64,000 nucleotides of DNA from the human T2T-CHM13v2.0 reference genome, Homo sapiens. How positions within the stretch are numbered: the first letter of the stretch is position 1; each line of letters starts with the position of its first letter. A program made the translations under genes and the position numbers. The stretch lies in assembly GCF_009914755.1 (NCBI RefSeq), contig NC_060945.1; one strand, given 5' to 3'. The notes below the pieces were generated by a model. That model was given only the letters and a program-made list of their open reading frames with translations. It made no database searches and was not told the DNA's origin. This document shows positions 45,553 through 63,410 of the stretch, in pieces.

Positions 45553-46089
45553 AAGATAAATTCTTGACTGTGGAATTTCTAGATCAAAAGTTTCAGTGCA
45601 CTTACTGGTTGAGAAAACACCATCCCAGGCACCATCTCCCAGTGCTGCAGAGGGGAAGACTACATGGAGTTAGAACAGCTAGAGTTCCAGGACTAACCCC
45701 ACCCTGTCACACATCCTTTCTCACTTAGCTACTGCCAGAACACCAAACCCCTTCAATCTGTATGTCTAGTGAGATCATGTAATTTATTGTCTGAACTTGG
45801 ACATACACTAAACTGCATGTCAGGATGACACATACATGCGGGGACAGCCTTGGGGGGTTTTGTCATCTTACTCATGACCCCTATTGTTCAAAGCACGTCT
45901 CCCATAAATCTGACTTGATCCTCTGTACCCCTGCCCCTACCACGCCCACACCCATATTTTTCACTGTGGCCTTCAGGTCTGCACACAGCAGATCTGCATA
46001 CATTCGGTCTCTTTGCGAAATGTTTCTTTTGCTTCCTGAATTCACCAGAAATGCAGCTCTCCGTTGTGAACACTCTTCTCCCTTTGACT

Positions 46090-46631
46090 TGGTGCTGCAT
46101 TTTAGGTGTTATTGACCGGGTTAAGGGATACGCAGAAACATTTCTGGGTGGGTCTGTGAGAGTGTTTTTGGAAGAGATTAGCATTCGAATCCACAGACTG
46201 AGTAAAGAGGATCTGTCCTCATCAATATGGGTGGACATTATTCAATCTGATGAAAGCAGGGATAGAATAAAAAGGTGGAGGAAGGGTGAATTTGCCCTCT
46301 CTTCTTGAGCTGGGGCATCTATCTTCTATCCTTGAACACTGGAGCTTCTGGTTCTCAGGCCTTCAGACTCTGGGACTTACATTACTGAGACCGCTGGTTC
46401 TCAGGCCTTTGACCTCAGATTGAGAGTAACACCGTCAGCTTCCCTGGCTCTCAGATCTTCAGACCAAGACTGAATGACACCACCAGCTTTCCTGGGTCTC
46501 CAGCTTGCACACAGCAGATCATGGGACTTCTCAGCCTCCATAATTGTGTCCAGTTCCTATAACAAATCCGCTGTTACATATCTTATACAAATCCTATTGC
46601 TTCCCTTCCTCTGGAGAACTTGACCAATACA
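46090..46631 (+). mobile_element. MLT2 (ERVL) LTR
   Basis: AAACATTTCTGGGTGGGTCTGTGAGAGTGTTT..GAAGAGATTAGCATT..TCTGGAGAACTTGACCAATACA. Confidence 0.85.
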
Positions 46632-46991
46632 CACCCTCTTCAGGGGAGCTATTTTTTCTCTTATACTCCTTGTATATCAGGGTGAGAATATAAAATTCAA
46701 AGGCTTCCTTCTTGCATTTCACTGCTATTTCCAGACCATTTATCCATCTTTTTGGGGCTGGGGAGTTGGGGGAAGGAAAGATTTCACTCTATCTTTGAGG
46801 CTTAGACTACCTGACTTGAAATATTCCCTCCTCTTTATGGCTGTTGTCTGGTGGCATCCCTACCACTCCTCCTCATGGCTGAGGATCGACTGTCAGCTAT
46901 AAACATTTATCTCTACATAGACTGCCATCACAATGACCAGCAACTTCAACAATTAACATGATAGATTGGCTCTTTGATAGTATTATGTAGT

Positions 46992-47295
<304 letters not shown>

Positions 47296-47559
47296 ATAAT
47301 ATTATGTAGTTACTGTTATTCATTTTACATTTGATAATGTAGTGTGGAAGTTTTTTCAAAGAGTCCCTTTAAAAATTAGATGCCAATCTGATATATTTAC
47401 ACATATAAGCATGTGAGTGTCTGGATTTGCTTCCAATGGTAAAGGAAGATTGGCCATGAGTTGATAATGACTAAGATGGGTGATGTATGGATGGAGGTTT
47501 ATTATGCCCTCTCTACTTTTTATGTTTAAGGGTTCCGTAACAAAACAGCAAATGAATCT

Positions 47560-48745
47560 GGGTGTTCCAAACCACCATGAGCTCTTTTTTCCTTGACTGC
47601 TACTCCCATGGAATCACTCAGTGTCATAGTCAGACTTAACCTTGTCAGCCCAGAAATTACCACCTCCAAAATTCCCATGTCATGCCTCTCATTCTCACAG
47701 CACTACTGCCTGTATTTCAAGCTCCCTTACTTATTCTAGGAAATTCCAGCATTCTCAACCTCATTAAGAGTTCCATTTTGGCTGGGCATGGTGGCTCACG
47801 CCTGTAATTCCAGCACTTTGGGAGGCCGAGGCAGGCAGACCACTTGAGGTCAGGAGTTTGAGACCAGCCTGGCCAACATGGTGAAACCCCATCTCTACTA
47901 CAAATACAAAAATTTGCCAGGTGTGGGGGTGGGTGCCTGTAGTCCCAGCTACTTGGAAGGCTGTGGCAGGAGACTCGCTTGAACCTGGAAGGCAAAGGTT
48001 GCAGTCAGCCGAGATGCCACTCCAGCGTGGGTGACAGAGCCAGATGACAATGTCTCAAAAAAAAAAAAAAAAAAATTTTTTTTTAAAAGTGCTCCATTTC
48101 ATTGACCCAACCACCACATTCTCTCTTGTTCCTCATCCCCTTTGTGTATTCATTTGCCTCCTCGTCTAGCTTAAATGATGTTGAAAATTCTTGCCACGTC
48201 TTCAACTCCCTTGCTTTTTTTCTTTCTGACATACTTGACTAAGGAAATTCTGACAGTTGAAGTCTACTGTCTGCCATCCTGGGACCAGTGGTTGAGCAGC
48301 TGAACATTTTTAGGAGAAATTCACCCAAATGGGCTGACTTATTTATCTTTAAATTCATGTTTACAACATTTGAACTGGCATTCAACACTGTCCAGTAACC
48401 TACCAAAATTTTCCTAATGTCTGCCTACCAAGATGACTAATTCATCAGCCTCTCCTCTTTCATCAATCCTGTTGCCCACCAATTATAGCTGATGATATCC
48501 TTCGCGCATCACTAAAGTGATAAAATTAATCTGAGAGAAATATTTTACTTTCTGATTAACTAAATCTTCAAACCTCTTACATCTGCATTCCCTTCTTCCT
48601 ATCTATTCTTTCCTTTCCCTAAATAACAATTTCTCCACATGCTGTCAGAACAATTTTCCTTCCCAGGAACTTAGCTTCTTTGATGGTCTGCACTCTGTCT
48701 GCATTACTAGTCTACTAGTTTACACTGGATCATTCCCACCAGGGC
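47560..48745 (+). mobile_element. L2 fragment (interrupted by Alu)
   Basis: Pyrimidine-rich degenerate L2-like sequence (CTTAAATTCATG, TACACTGGATCATTCCCA). Confidence 0.5.
47780..48075 (+). mobile_element. AluS
   Basis: Dimer. Confidence 0.92.
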
Positions 48746-48754
48746 CTAGGCTAG

Positions 48755-48916
48755 CTGGGACTTCTCAAACTGAAATTTGCACATGAGTCATCTGGAAGTC
48801 TCATAAAAATGAAAATTATGATTCAGTAGGTCTGGGGTGGGGCCTGCAATTCTTCATTTCTCAAAAACTCCAAGCTAATGCATGGGTTCATGCATCTCAT
48901 TCTTTGAGTAACAAGG
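48755..48916. mobile_element. MER5A-like hAT-Charlie MITE
   Basis: TTCTCAAACT..GATTCAGTAGGTCTGGGGTGGGGCCTG..CATTTCT..CTTTGAGTAACAAGG. Confidence 0.75.
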
Positions 48917-49233
48917 CTTTAGTGCATTTTAGAATCCAAGTAACAGGTGTACATATGGTAGAAGTACAAGCAGAAGTGATATGAGAAGTACCAAGCACAG
49001 CACAGGTATCAAGCCTCAAAAGAAAAACAGGCCATATCTCTGCAGAAGCAAGCACCTTAGGGCCTTCTGCTAGGTCCAGGTCGAACTGTTTAGTGTGCAG
49101 ATTATGAACTGGTCCAGAACTGTCCAGTGGCAGTTGTGGGGATTGGGGAGCTTAGAGCAGTGGATTTTAACAACTGTGCTTGAGTATTTCAACAATCAGT
49201 AATTTGTACCAGTATGTACCAGCTGAATGCAGC

Positions 49234-49644
49234 AAATATGGTTTGGATATTCATCTCCAAATCTCATGTTGAAACGTGATCCCTAGTGTTGGAGGTGGGG
49301 CCTAGTGGGAGGTGTTTCAGTCATGGGGGCAGATCTCTCATGAATAGGGGTGCTGTCCTCATGGTAATGAGTTAATCCCTCTGTGAGTTCACATGAGATC
49401 TGGTTGTTTAAAAGTGCCTGGCACCCCCTCCCTCTCTCTCTCGCTTTCTCTCTCACAGTGTGATGCTCCCGATCCTCCTTCACCTTCCATCATGATTGTA
49501 AGCTTCCTTAGTCCTTGCTACTAGCAGATGCTGGCGCCATGCTTCTCATACAGCTTGCAGAACCATGAACCAAAATAAACCTTTTTTTTTTAAATAAACT
49601 ACCTAGTCTGAGATATTCCTTTATAGTGATACATAACTAAGACA
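49234..49644 (+). mobile_element. MST (MaLR) LTR
   Basis: ATATGGTTTGGAT..CCAAATCTCATGTTGAA..GGAGGTGGGGCCTAGTGGGAGGTG..ACTAAGACA. Confidence 0.88.
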
Positions 49645-49843
49645 GCAATCTTTATGTCATATGACAAATTTTAGAAGAAATTAACAAAATATTCAGAGAG
49701 ACAGCTCTGAGCTCAAGTTGGGAAGAATATTCTTACAGTGCCAACCAAAAGTGAAGTGGGCTGAGTGAAAAATAATTTCCTATTCCTGAAAGGATTTAAT
49801 CCCAAGTGAAGTATTTGTCACAGAATACATAGAGAATTGTTTG

Positions 49844-50394
49844 GGTTACAGAAAAGGGGTCCAGATCCAGACCTCAAGAGAGGATTCTTAGATCTCATGC
49901 AAGAAAGAATTCAGGGTGAGTCCACAGAGTAAAGTGAAAGAAGTTTATTAAGAAAGTAAAGGAATAAAAAAATGGCTACGCCACAGAGAGAGCAGCCCTG
50001 AGGGCTGCTGGTTGCCCATTTTATAGCTATTTCTTGATGATATGCTAAACAAGGCATGGATTACTCATGCCTCCCCCTTTTAGACCATATAGGGTAACTT
50101 CCTGACATTGCCATGACATTTGTAAACTGTCATGGCATTGTGGGAAGGTAGTAGTGATGATGACCAGAGGTCACTCTCATCGCCATCTTGGTTTTGGTGG
50201 GTTTTAGCCAGCTTCTTTACTGCAAGCTGTTTTATCAGCAAAGTCTTTATGACCTGTATTTTGTGCTGACCTCCGATCTCATTCTGTGACTTAGAATGCC
50301 TTAACCAACTGGGAAGGTAGCCCAGTAGGTCTCAGCCTCATTTTACCTGGTTCCTATTTAAGGTGAAGTTGCTGTGGTTCACACCTCTCTGACA
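49844..50394 (-). mobile_element. MER41A solo LTR (ERV1)
   Basis: Minus strand begins TGTCAGAGAGGTGTGAACC and contains CCAAGATGGCGA and AGGAAGTTACCCTATATGGTCTAAAAGGGGGAGGCATGAG. 4-bp TSD TTTG at 49840-49843 and 50395-50398. Confidence 0.9.
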
Positions 50395-51218
50395 TTTGAA
50401 CTAGATAATTTAAGATTCCTTGAAACCTTAGATTCAATGAGTTCTACTCCAGTAGAGAACTATTATCACTCCAGTGTCATCTTAAAAAAAAAATCTAAAA
50501 CTCAATTGGACTTCAAATTGCAGTTTACTTGACGTCACAGTTTACAGACTGTTCAGATTTTTTCAGAAAGAAAAATTTTAAAATATTTAATGGATCAAAA
50601 ATAGATATTCTTTCCCAATCTTTCTAATTCTTTTCTAATTTTCTTTTTCTTTCCTTATTGCACCTAATAAGTAAATTTTTCAAGAGCATAGAAAAACAGT
50701 CAATAAACAAAAATCAGTTTCTGAAGACTCGTGGTAAACAGTTGGAAAGTGAAATTATGATAAAGAAAAACATTTACAAGCAAATGCAGCCAGAACATGA
50801 TATACTTAGGGATAAGCTGAACAAAATACATGTAAGACCTGTTTGTATACCCAAAACTACAAAATAGTGCTTGAAGAAGTAAAAGAAGACATAAATAAAT
50901 GGAAAGATATACCATGTGATTGGAAGATTTAATATTGCTTAGATGACAATTTTTCCCAAATTGATCTATAGATTCAATGCATCCCTGATCAACATTGTAT
51001 AGGCTTTTTTTTTCAGTAGAAATTTGAGCTGATTCTAAAATTTATGTGAAAATACAAAATACCTAGAATACCCGGGGCAATTTAGAAATAGATGAACAAA
51101 ACTGGAAGACTTACACTACCCAATTCCCAACCTACCTTCATCATGACTGTGACATTGGAGTAAGACTCAATGGACTAAAATAGAGAATCTAAAAACCTTG
51201 CTTATATGGTCAATTAAA

Positions 51219-51518
51219 TTTTTTTTCTCTTTTTTTTGAGACAGTGTCTCACTCTGTTGCCAAGGCTGGAGTGCAGTGGCACCATCTCGGCCCACTGCAA
51301 CATCCACCTCCTGCGTTCAGGCAATTCTCCTGCCTCAGCCTCCTGAGTCGCTGGGATTACAGGTGCGTGCCACCATGCCTGGCTACTTTTTTGTATTTGT
51401 AGCAGAGACGGGGTTTCACCATGTTGGCCAGGCTGGTCTTGAACTCCTGACCTCATGATCTGCCCACCTCGGCCTCCCAAAGTGCTGGGATTACAGGCAT
51501 GAGCCATCGCGCCTGGCC
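51219..51518 (-). mobile_element. AluS
   Basis: Dimer; TSD GTCAATTAA. Confidence 0.92.
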
Positions 51519-51985
51519 AGTCAATTAATTTTTGACAAAGTTGCTAAGAAAATAAAATGGGAGAATAATAGTTTTTTCAACAAATGGTACTGGAATAATT
51601 GGGTATCTGTATGGACAAAACTGAGCCTCAATCATGGTATCACACCATACGTGAAAATTAACTAAGTAAATCATTAAATATAAAAGTTAAAACTTCTAAA
51701 AGAAAACTTCTAAAACAATCTTGAAGTGGAGGCAGATTTCTTAGAACATGAAAATTGCTATAACCTATATAAATGTGTAAATAAATGGGACTTTATGCAA
51801 ATTAAAGAGTGTCTATCTTTTGAAAAACTATGTCAAGAAACCGAAAAGGCAAGCCACAGTCTGGGAGAAAATTGCAATATATTTTTCTGACAAAGAACTT
51901 GCATCCAGAATATACAAAGAACTCGAACTCAATGAAAAGTCGACAAAATATTCGAACAAACATTCCAATAAGACGATATAAAAAT

Positions 51986-52235
51986 GACCGGCTGGGCGTG
52001 GTTGCTCATGGCTGCAATCCCAGAACTTGTAAAGGCCAAGGTGGGTGAATCGCTCGAGCCCCAGAGTTTGAGACCAGCCTGGGCAATATAGGGAGACGTT
52101 GTCTCTACAAAAAATAAAAAATGAGGTGGGAATGTTGCTTGAGCCCGGGAGGTGGAGGCTGCAATGAGCCATGATTGTGCCACTACACTCCCTCCTGGGC
52201 GATGGGAGTGAGACCCTGTCATAAAAAAATAAATA
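51986..52235 (+). mobile_element. AluJ with internal deletion
   Basis: Left arm plus partial right arm. Confidence 0.8.
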
Positions 52236-52581
<346 letters not shown>

Positions 52582-53307
52582 TCAGAAAATGGAGATTAAA
52601 GCCCTATTAAGATACCACTACACATCCTACCTCTGCGAGAATGGCCAAAATTAAAAAGACTGACAGTGCCAGTTTTGGTGAGAATGTGGAGTAACTGGGA
52701 CTTTCAGGTATTATTGGTGGGAGTGAAAATAGTATGGTACGCAAAGCTGCAATAATCAAAACAAAACTGGCATGGAGACAGACCATAGAGACTAGTGGAA
52801 TGGAATAGAAAAAACGGAAATAACCCCTGTCACATATGGTCAAATAATTTTTGACAAGGTTGCTAAGATCATTCAATGGGAAAAGGGCAGTCTTTTAAAC
52901 AAATGGTACTGGAAAAACTGGATGTCCACATGCATGACAATGAAATTGGTCCCTTACTTTACAACGTACACAAAAGTTAACTCAAAGCGGATCAAAGACC
53001 TAAACATAAGAGCTAAAACTATAAAACTCTTAGAAGAAATTATAGCAGAAAATTTTCATGATGTTAGGTTTGAAAATTATTTCTCGGATATGGCAATAAA
53101 AGTAAAAATAGATAAATTTGACTAAATTAAAATTTAAAACTTCTGTATATGCGTATGAATAGCCAAAATCAACAAATGAGGAAAAAGCAACTTACACAAT
53201 GAGAACATACTTACAAATCACATTTCTAATAAGGGGTTAATATCCATAATATACAGTATAAAGAACTCCTACAACTCAGCAAAGAAAACCAAACAGTCCA
53301 ATTTTAA

Positions 53308-53618
<311 letters not shown>

Positions 53619-54031
53619 TTAGGGCAAATAATTTGAATGGACATTTCTCTAAAGATGTACAAATGAGCAACAAGCACAAAAAAGATGTTCAGTATTACTA
53701 ATCATTAGGGAGATACAAATGAAAACCACAAAGAGATACTACTATTAAAAAACCTGAAAATAGCAACTGTTGCTAAGGATGTGGAGGAACTGGAGAAATT
53801 CACTGTTGGTGGGATTGTAAAATGGTGCAGATGCTGTGGAAAACTATATTGTTTTCAAAACAAAGATTGAATATAAAATTACCATATGATCAAACCACTC
53901 CCCTTCTGGTTATACATCGAAAAGAATTGCAATCAGGGTCTCAATGAGATACTTATCCACCCATGTTCACAGCAGCATCATTTAAAATAGCCAAAAAGTA
54001 GAAGCTAACCCAAGCGTCCACTGGTGGATAA

Positions 54032-54503
<472 letters not shown>

Positions 54504-54712
54504 TAAATACTGTATGATTCCACTTATATCAGGTACCTCAAATAGTCAAATTCATAAAGACAGAAAATAGCATGATGGTTGCCAGGAGCTGGGGAATAGA
54601 GAGAATGGGAAGTTGTTTAATGGGTACAGAGTTTCAGTTTTGCAAAGTGAAAAGACCTTTGGAGATTGGTTGCACAGCAATGTGAATGTACTTAGTGCTA
54701 TCGAACTGTATA

Positions 54713-55018
54713 CAGTCATCCCTCAATATTTGTGCAAGATTGGTTCCAAGATCCTGCTCATTGCCAAAATCTGTGGATACTCAAATCCCTTATATAGAAT
54801 GGTAGTATTTGCATATAACCTCTGCACATCCTCCTATATACTTTAAATCATTTTTAGATCGCTTATAATACCCAGTACAATGTAAATGCTATGTAAATAG
54901 TTGTCAGACTGTGTTATTTGTATTAATTTTTTAATGTTGCATTTTAAAAAATATTTTGACTGCTCTGCATTCGGATGAATCTATGGATGTGGAGCCTGCA
55001 GTTACAGAAGGCCTACTG
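54713..55018. mobile_element. MER2 (TcMar-Tigger)
   Basis: CAGTCATCCCTC..GATTGGTTCCAAGA..GAAGGCCTACTG with a TA TSD on both sides. Confidence 0.85.
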
Positions 55019-55129
55019 TACTTAAAAATGGTTAAGATGGTTACTTTTATGTTAATTAATTTTTAAAAATTAATTTTGAATAGTATGGTACAACCCCTTT
55101 GGAAAACACATTGGCACTTTTTTATAAAG

Positions 55130-55161
<32 letters not shown>

Positions 55162-55405
55162 AGAATCTTGCTCTGTTGCCCAGGCTGGAGTGCAGTGGCA
55201 TGATCTCAGCTCACTGCAACCTCTGCCTCCTGAGTAGCTGGGACTACAGGCCTGCACCACCACACACAGCTAATTTTTCTGTTTTTAGTAGAGATGAAGT
55301 TTCACCATGTTGGCCAGGCTGGTCTCGAGCTCCTGACCTCAAGTGATCTGCTGCCTCTGCCTCCCAAAGTGCTGGGAATTATAGGCCAGAGCCACGCGGC
55401 CGGCC
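55130..55405 (-). mobile_element. AluS with internal deletion
   Basis: Dimer lacking the segment between two GCCTCC repeats. Confidence 0.88.
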
Positions 55406-56809
55406 TCTTTTCTATAAAATTAAATGTACACTTTCCATAATATCCAGAAACTCCATTGCTACACTTTTACCCAAGATAAATAAAAACATGTCCTCAAAAT
55501 GACTTGTATGCAAATGTTCACAGCAGCTTAATTAATAGCCCCAAATTGGAAAGGGCCATCAATAAGTAAATGGATAAGCAAATTGTGATATTTATACAAT
55601 GAAATACTTTTTAGCAATACAAAGGAATGAGCTATTGACACATACAACATGGGTGAATTTTTAAAATATTATGCTGAGTGAAAGAAGCCAAAACGAAAAA
55701 GTACTTACTGTATTATTCCATTTATACAAAATTCTAGAACAGGCCAAACTAATCTGTAAAGGTGGAAAGCAGATCGTGTCAAAGGGAGAAAACAAAATTG
55801 ACCCAAAGGGCATGAGACGGGGGTGATAGAAATGTTCTGTATTTTAAGTGTGTTGGGGGCCATGTCTGCACGCAGTTTTGGAGCAAGCAAGCAATACTCT
55901 TTCTTGGTCAAGCAAATGAAAGCGTTTCCCAGATTCTGATAAAAGGAGCAAGAGACTCTCTGCTAGAATATTGATTTGTTCCCTGACATTTACAGTGAGG
56001 TACTTGAAGAACTCCCACCAAAGCTATTCACAAATGTGAAGCTGCAGAGTTTTATGTACGGTCGTGGGTGTTACTTGCCAACATTTACCCCGACTTTGCT
56101 GTACTCTTTCAGCATGTTGATATTCTCAGTAATTTTCAGGCCTTTTTTTTTTTCCTTTTTTTCCCTTGACTTCTCATCAGCTCCAAACCTCAGATCTCTG
56201 TTTCCTTCCAATACAATTTCTGAGTCCAGAGTGACATGAAGACTGACATAGCTCACCCACGAAATTGAAGTCCATTGAAAAATCCCCATTGCTTGGCTTA
56301 CAGTCCACCTTTCTGTATCTCAAAAGCATTTGATTAATCTCTCCTGATTTCCCACCATGATCCATGTGGTGGTTGCACCAGGCATCCTCTCTCTTCTTCT
56401 TCCCACAACTTGTCTTTCTGCCAGGGACTTTGCTTCCAGTGTTACTGAGAAGATAAGGCCATCACATGTGACTCCCTCAGTTACACGTTATTCTTCATGT
56501 TATTTTTGATTCTGCGCTTCCAGCTTTGCCAGCAACCTAAGCCTAGGTAGGTGCTCTTCTTCTCTGTTCATTCTTGGTGCTGTAGTGGCTGGTGGGGGTT
56601 CATTCCACATATAAGCTATTCATTGCCATTAAGGCTTTCACTTGCCCGTTTTAAACAATTTTATTCCATACAAAAATATTCCAGAACTTTTTGTACAAGT
56701 CACTGCCTCATTTACCATTTGTACCAATTGTACTAATTATATCAATGTACCTGCCCACAAACAATGTGTAAGAGGGATTTTCACTGCACTCAACAATCCT
56801 TAGAGAGGC

Positions 56810-57020
56810 AATAAAGCATAGTGGGTGAAAGAGCTCCACCAAGTACTAGCCACATGACCTTGACTGAATTAGTTTGACTTCTGTGCTTTAGTTTCCTCAT
56901 CTGTAAAACAGGGATAAATAATAAGACCTAGTAGGGATGAGTTGTTGCAAAGAGTAAATGGCTGGTAGATGGAAAACACTTGGCGTAGTGCTATATAATA
57001 GTGCTTAGTAAGTGCTATAC
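56810..57020 (+). mobile_element. MIR SINE
   Basis: CTGTGCTTTAGTTTCCTCATCTGTAAAACAGGGATAA core. Confidence 0.8.
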
Positions 57021-58505
57021 ACACACTAAATCTGTGCGTGTTGGTAGCTGAAAGTAGCTCTGTTGGGGATTTCTTCTATAAGTAATAATGTTGAACATTT
57101 ATTCACATGTTTTTGGTCATTTGTTTTCTTTTGGGAAATGCCTTTTCAAGTCCTTTGCCAATTTGTTTTTGTTTTTGTTTCTTTTTCAACCCTGGCCTAC
57201 AGAACTTTGCCAATTTGTAATGGCCCACAAATATTTCTTCACTGATTTTCAAGCTGTTTATGAGCTACGGCTATTAACTTTCTGTTATCCCGTTTTATTA
57301 TTCGAAAATAGCTTTTCGGTCTGTTATTGGCCTTTATATTTGTTTATAGCATCTTAACATTTTTTTTTTCTTCTATGACTAGAAGATTCTTTCCATTATT
57401 GTATCACTTAAAGTTTCTATTTTCTGTATTTTCTCCTTCCTCCCATCCCCAGTCTGGCAACTGATAGAAAGTGCCTTGAGCTCTTTGGAGGAAAGTGCCC
57501 ATCTGAAGTGCTCATTATTCAATTTTGGGGCTGTTTAGTAAATAATAATAATGTTTCTAAAGAGATAACTCCATACTGTACTTGTAAATCAAGGAATTTG
57601 TCCTCCAGTCTCCTCAAAGAGTGAGGCTATTACTAGAGAAGTACCATCATTGGCTGAAAAAGATGGACATTTGAAAAGCCACATATAACAAATGTTAAAA
57701 AAGAAGCCTCCTTCTTGAGATTGAACACTGTCTTCTGTAGACTTCCCTCAGGAAATGAACCTCCGAGAGCTGCTGTTGTTGCCTTTGCTTCTCTGGCCGT
57801 TTGTCAAGCTAAATTGAGTGGAGCTCCTGTGTGTTGTCTGTTTAATCGCCCTCTTTGACAGAAGCTTTCTCATTACCTACCTGGCCCTGTTGCAAACCAG
57901 CGCCTGGAGGCAGACATATTGCACACCATTTCCTCCAGGGTCTTGCTGCAGGTTGTCTCTGGGAAGTAATGAAAATCTGGAATGTTCTCAGTGGGCGGGC
58001 TTCAGACCCACTGCCCCCTGCCATGAACCCTCAGCAGGCCAGCAATGTAGTAAAAGCCATTAGTGAAGAAATCTGGAGGAGTTCACCTCTAGGCAGGATG
58101 ATTTGACTTTTGGAAGATATTCTGGAGTTAGCCAAGATATTTTTATCTGAAAATTATTTCTGTCTTATAACTGTTCCCTGGAGGCTCTAAGAATAGCAAA
58201 AACTGACAAATTTTGTTTTTGTTGTGGTTTACTTTCCTTTAATCTGCTAACGAATCTTTTTGGCTCCACATGAGGCTGTGTCTCTGCAGCTGCATTCTTC
58301 AGGGCTGTTTCCCCTCAGTGTTTGGGGTATTCTGGCCTTTGATACAGAATCTTAATCTTAAGCTGTCTTGCCATGACAGGTGTTCATTTTGCCCAAGACT
58401 TCTTAGTTTAGGTGAATGTCAGGCAGAAACTCTTCTCTCTTCAAAAAGAAACATTAGAGCAGAATAAGAAAAAGCAAAACCACCTTTCCAGAGCCTTTTT
58501 AATAA

Positions 58506-59010
<505 letters not shown>

Positions 59011-59181
59011 TAGTGGGTTGAACAGTATCCCCCCCAAAATTCATGTCTAGCCAGAACCTCAGAATAGGACCTTATTTGGAAGTAGGTTCATTGCAGATGT
59101 CATTTCCATAAGGATCAAGATGAGATCATACTGGATTTGGGTGAGCCCTAACTCTAATGAGAGTGCCCTTCTTAGATGCAG

Positions 59182-59185
<4 letters not shown>

Positions 59186-59230
<45 letters not shown>
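59186..59230 (+). repeat. (CA)~22 microsatellite
   Basis: Uninterrupted CA run. Confidence 0.97.
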
Positions 59231-59231
<1 letters not shown>

Positions 59232-59269
59232 GAACGCCATGTGAAGATGGAGACAAACACTAGAGTTAA

Positions 59270-59632
<363 letters not shown>

Positions 59633-59690
59633 AGGAAAGAACTTTTCTAAAGAATTGTCAGAATTGTCTGTGAGAGCATAGCCATGCTGA

Positions 59691-60090
<400 letters not shown>

Positions 60091-61041
60091 TAATTTGTTA
60101 CAGCAGCCCTAGAAACTAATATAAGGGGGTTTGATCCTTGGCTTTATTTACAAACTTAAATTTCTTTAAACAAAACGGAAGCTAAGGTATTTGATTACCT
60201 TTTTAAATATTTCAGTTATCTAACAAACTTTCCAAGACACTTGTGTCTTGATTTAATTAGCTATTTCCCTATTTCGAACACCTCTGTTGCTTTCATTTTT
60301 TTCTTGAAATCATAAAAAATATAGCAAAGTGTACATTAATTGTAAACTATATGTACATTTCTTTGCAAAGGTAGACTCTGGCATTAAAACTGTTAGCATT
60401 TGGGCTGGTCCAGTGTGCTTGGCTGATGGGAGCACAGTGCTGATGAGACTAAGATGCCAATTAGCCCTAAAGAGAGAAAAGCTGTGTCCTCCATGGCCCG
60501 GCTAGAACGTTTGATTCACTTAACAGGTGCATGCCACTGGGCAACCAGGGAGAGATGTACCCATCCATTATTGTTAAAGGATAAAACTCAAACATTTATA
60601 TTGGTTTCTCTGATGACACCAACTTTATGTTTTGACAAGGAACATTATTTATACTAATATGTGAAAATAGCTAAAGCTTCATTCAGACATTAATCTCATA
60701 GGAAATGTTTGCACAAAAGGCAGGGAGATGGAAGACCAAGACTTCACATGACATTTCATCACAGACCAATGGCAGAATGAGCTACAGAATGCAGTTTTAA
60801 CACTATATGTCTAGTGGCATAATCCTTCTAGCTTTAACTGGCAGCTTTTTTTTTCTAGGACTAAAGCCACCAGCATAATAAACATCTTTTAGATCTGCCT
60901 TCACCACAGAACTGTTTTTAGGAAACTCATCTATGATCCCAGGATTCACTGTTTGAAAGGAGTTGCTGGTGTTACCTTCAGAGACCTTAAATTGGTTTGA
61001 AATTATATAGTCACTAAAGAGATTGTGATTGTTATTTTAAG

Positions 61042-61337
<296 letters not shown>

Positions 61338-61451
61338 TTCATTTTAAACTATGCCTCAGTTTTCTCCTTTCTAAAATGGGGATCACAAGGACAACTACTT
61401 GATGGAGATAATTAATACATGAGTTTAACATAATATGCTCAGTAATTGGTA

Positions 61452-62020
<569 letters not shown>

Positions 62021-63006
62021 GAACATGCTTAAAACAGCCTTTAAACTAGTAGCCATATATAAATGTTAGCTGTTACTTCTTCTTTAGGCTTTGGACAAGG
62101 AACGTATCTTTTCTGTGTACCAGTCTATTTCCAGTGCCAAACTATAGTGCCAAGCAAATAGTGAGTGCTCAATGAAGATTTGCAAGCGACTTAATAGCAA
62201 TTGAAGGAACACAGAGGGATTGACTTTGCCTTGCCTTCTTGACCTGTTTTATGTTTTTGTTTCCCTTAAACTTTATAATTTAGGGATTAGGAGCAGCTGG
62301 TTGCTTATGTTCATAACTCAAAACACAAAAAGAGCTCAGCGGGTCTAACAGGGAGCGCAGCAATGTCTTTCACTGCTTAGACGGTGAACGGCTAAAGTTT
62401 ATTTCCACGTTAACTGTTTTCATTGATGAAAACTGGTTAGAACATTATTTTTGGAGTGTTAGATACTGAAAAGATTGACTGTAAATCCATAATTTTCACA
62501 GCTGTGTTCTCCAAAATTTTCTTTACTCCTACAAGTGAAGAATGAAAATTACAGAAATATATCTATGTGTGCATAGGAAGTCGTTTGCTTTTGGGAATTC
62601 TCCAGTTGGTAATTCAGTTAATTTGCTACAGTAACTTACGATCTCCTTCTCAGAGTTAACTTCCTGATCCTCTTGAATTGCAGGTGTATTTGTCAGGTGT
62701 GGACAGGCAGGTCTGCGGTTGGGCTTGCGTCTTCCTCAACAGTTCTACTTCTGCCAACTGGGTTATAAAAAGCTCTGCTGCAATCTGGTGGTTTAACTTG
62801 AGGTATAGTTTCCCCGAGAGACGACGTTAGGCCTTAGGTTTCATAACCAGACCAAGCAATTCAATTAATCTTACTATCCATGAAGGGTAATTGGATGTAA
62901 ATAGCACTAGAGAATCCAGCCATCGTTTATGACGATCATTGTAGGGGCTGTTTTTAGGCTGTCAATTTAGTGAGCTAGAAATACATCTTTCTTAAAAGTG
63001 AAATTA

Positions 63007-63410
<404 letters not shown>

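Noticed and set aside
55976-56365. Cluster of short ORFs (e.g. GLKITENINMLKEYSK)
   Set aside because: No recognisable protein; partly overlaps L2-like sequence.
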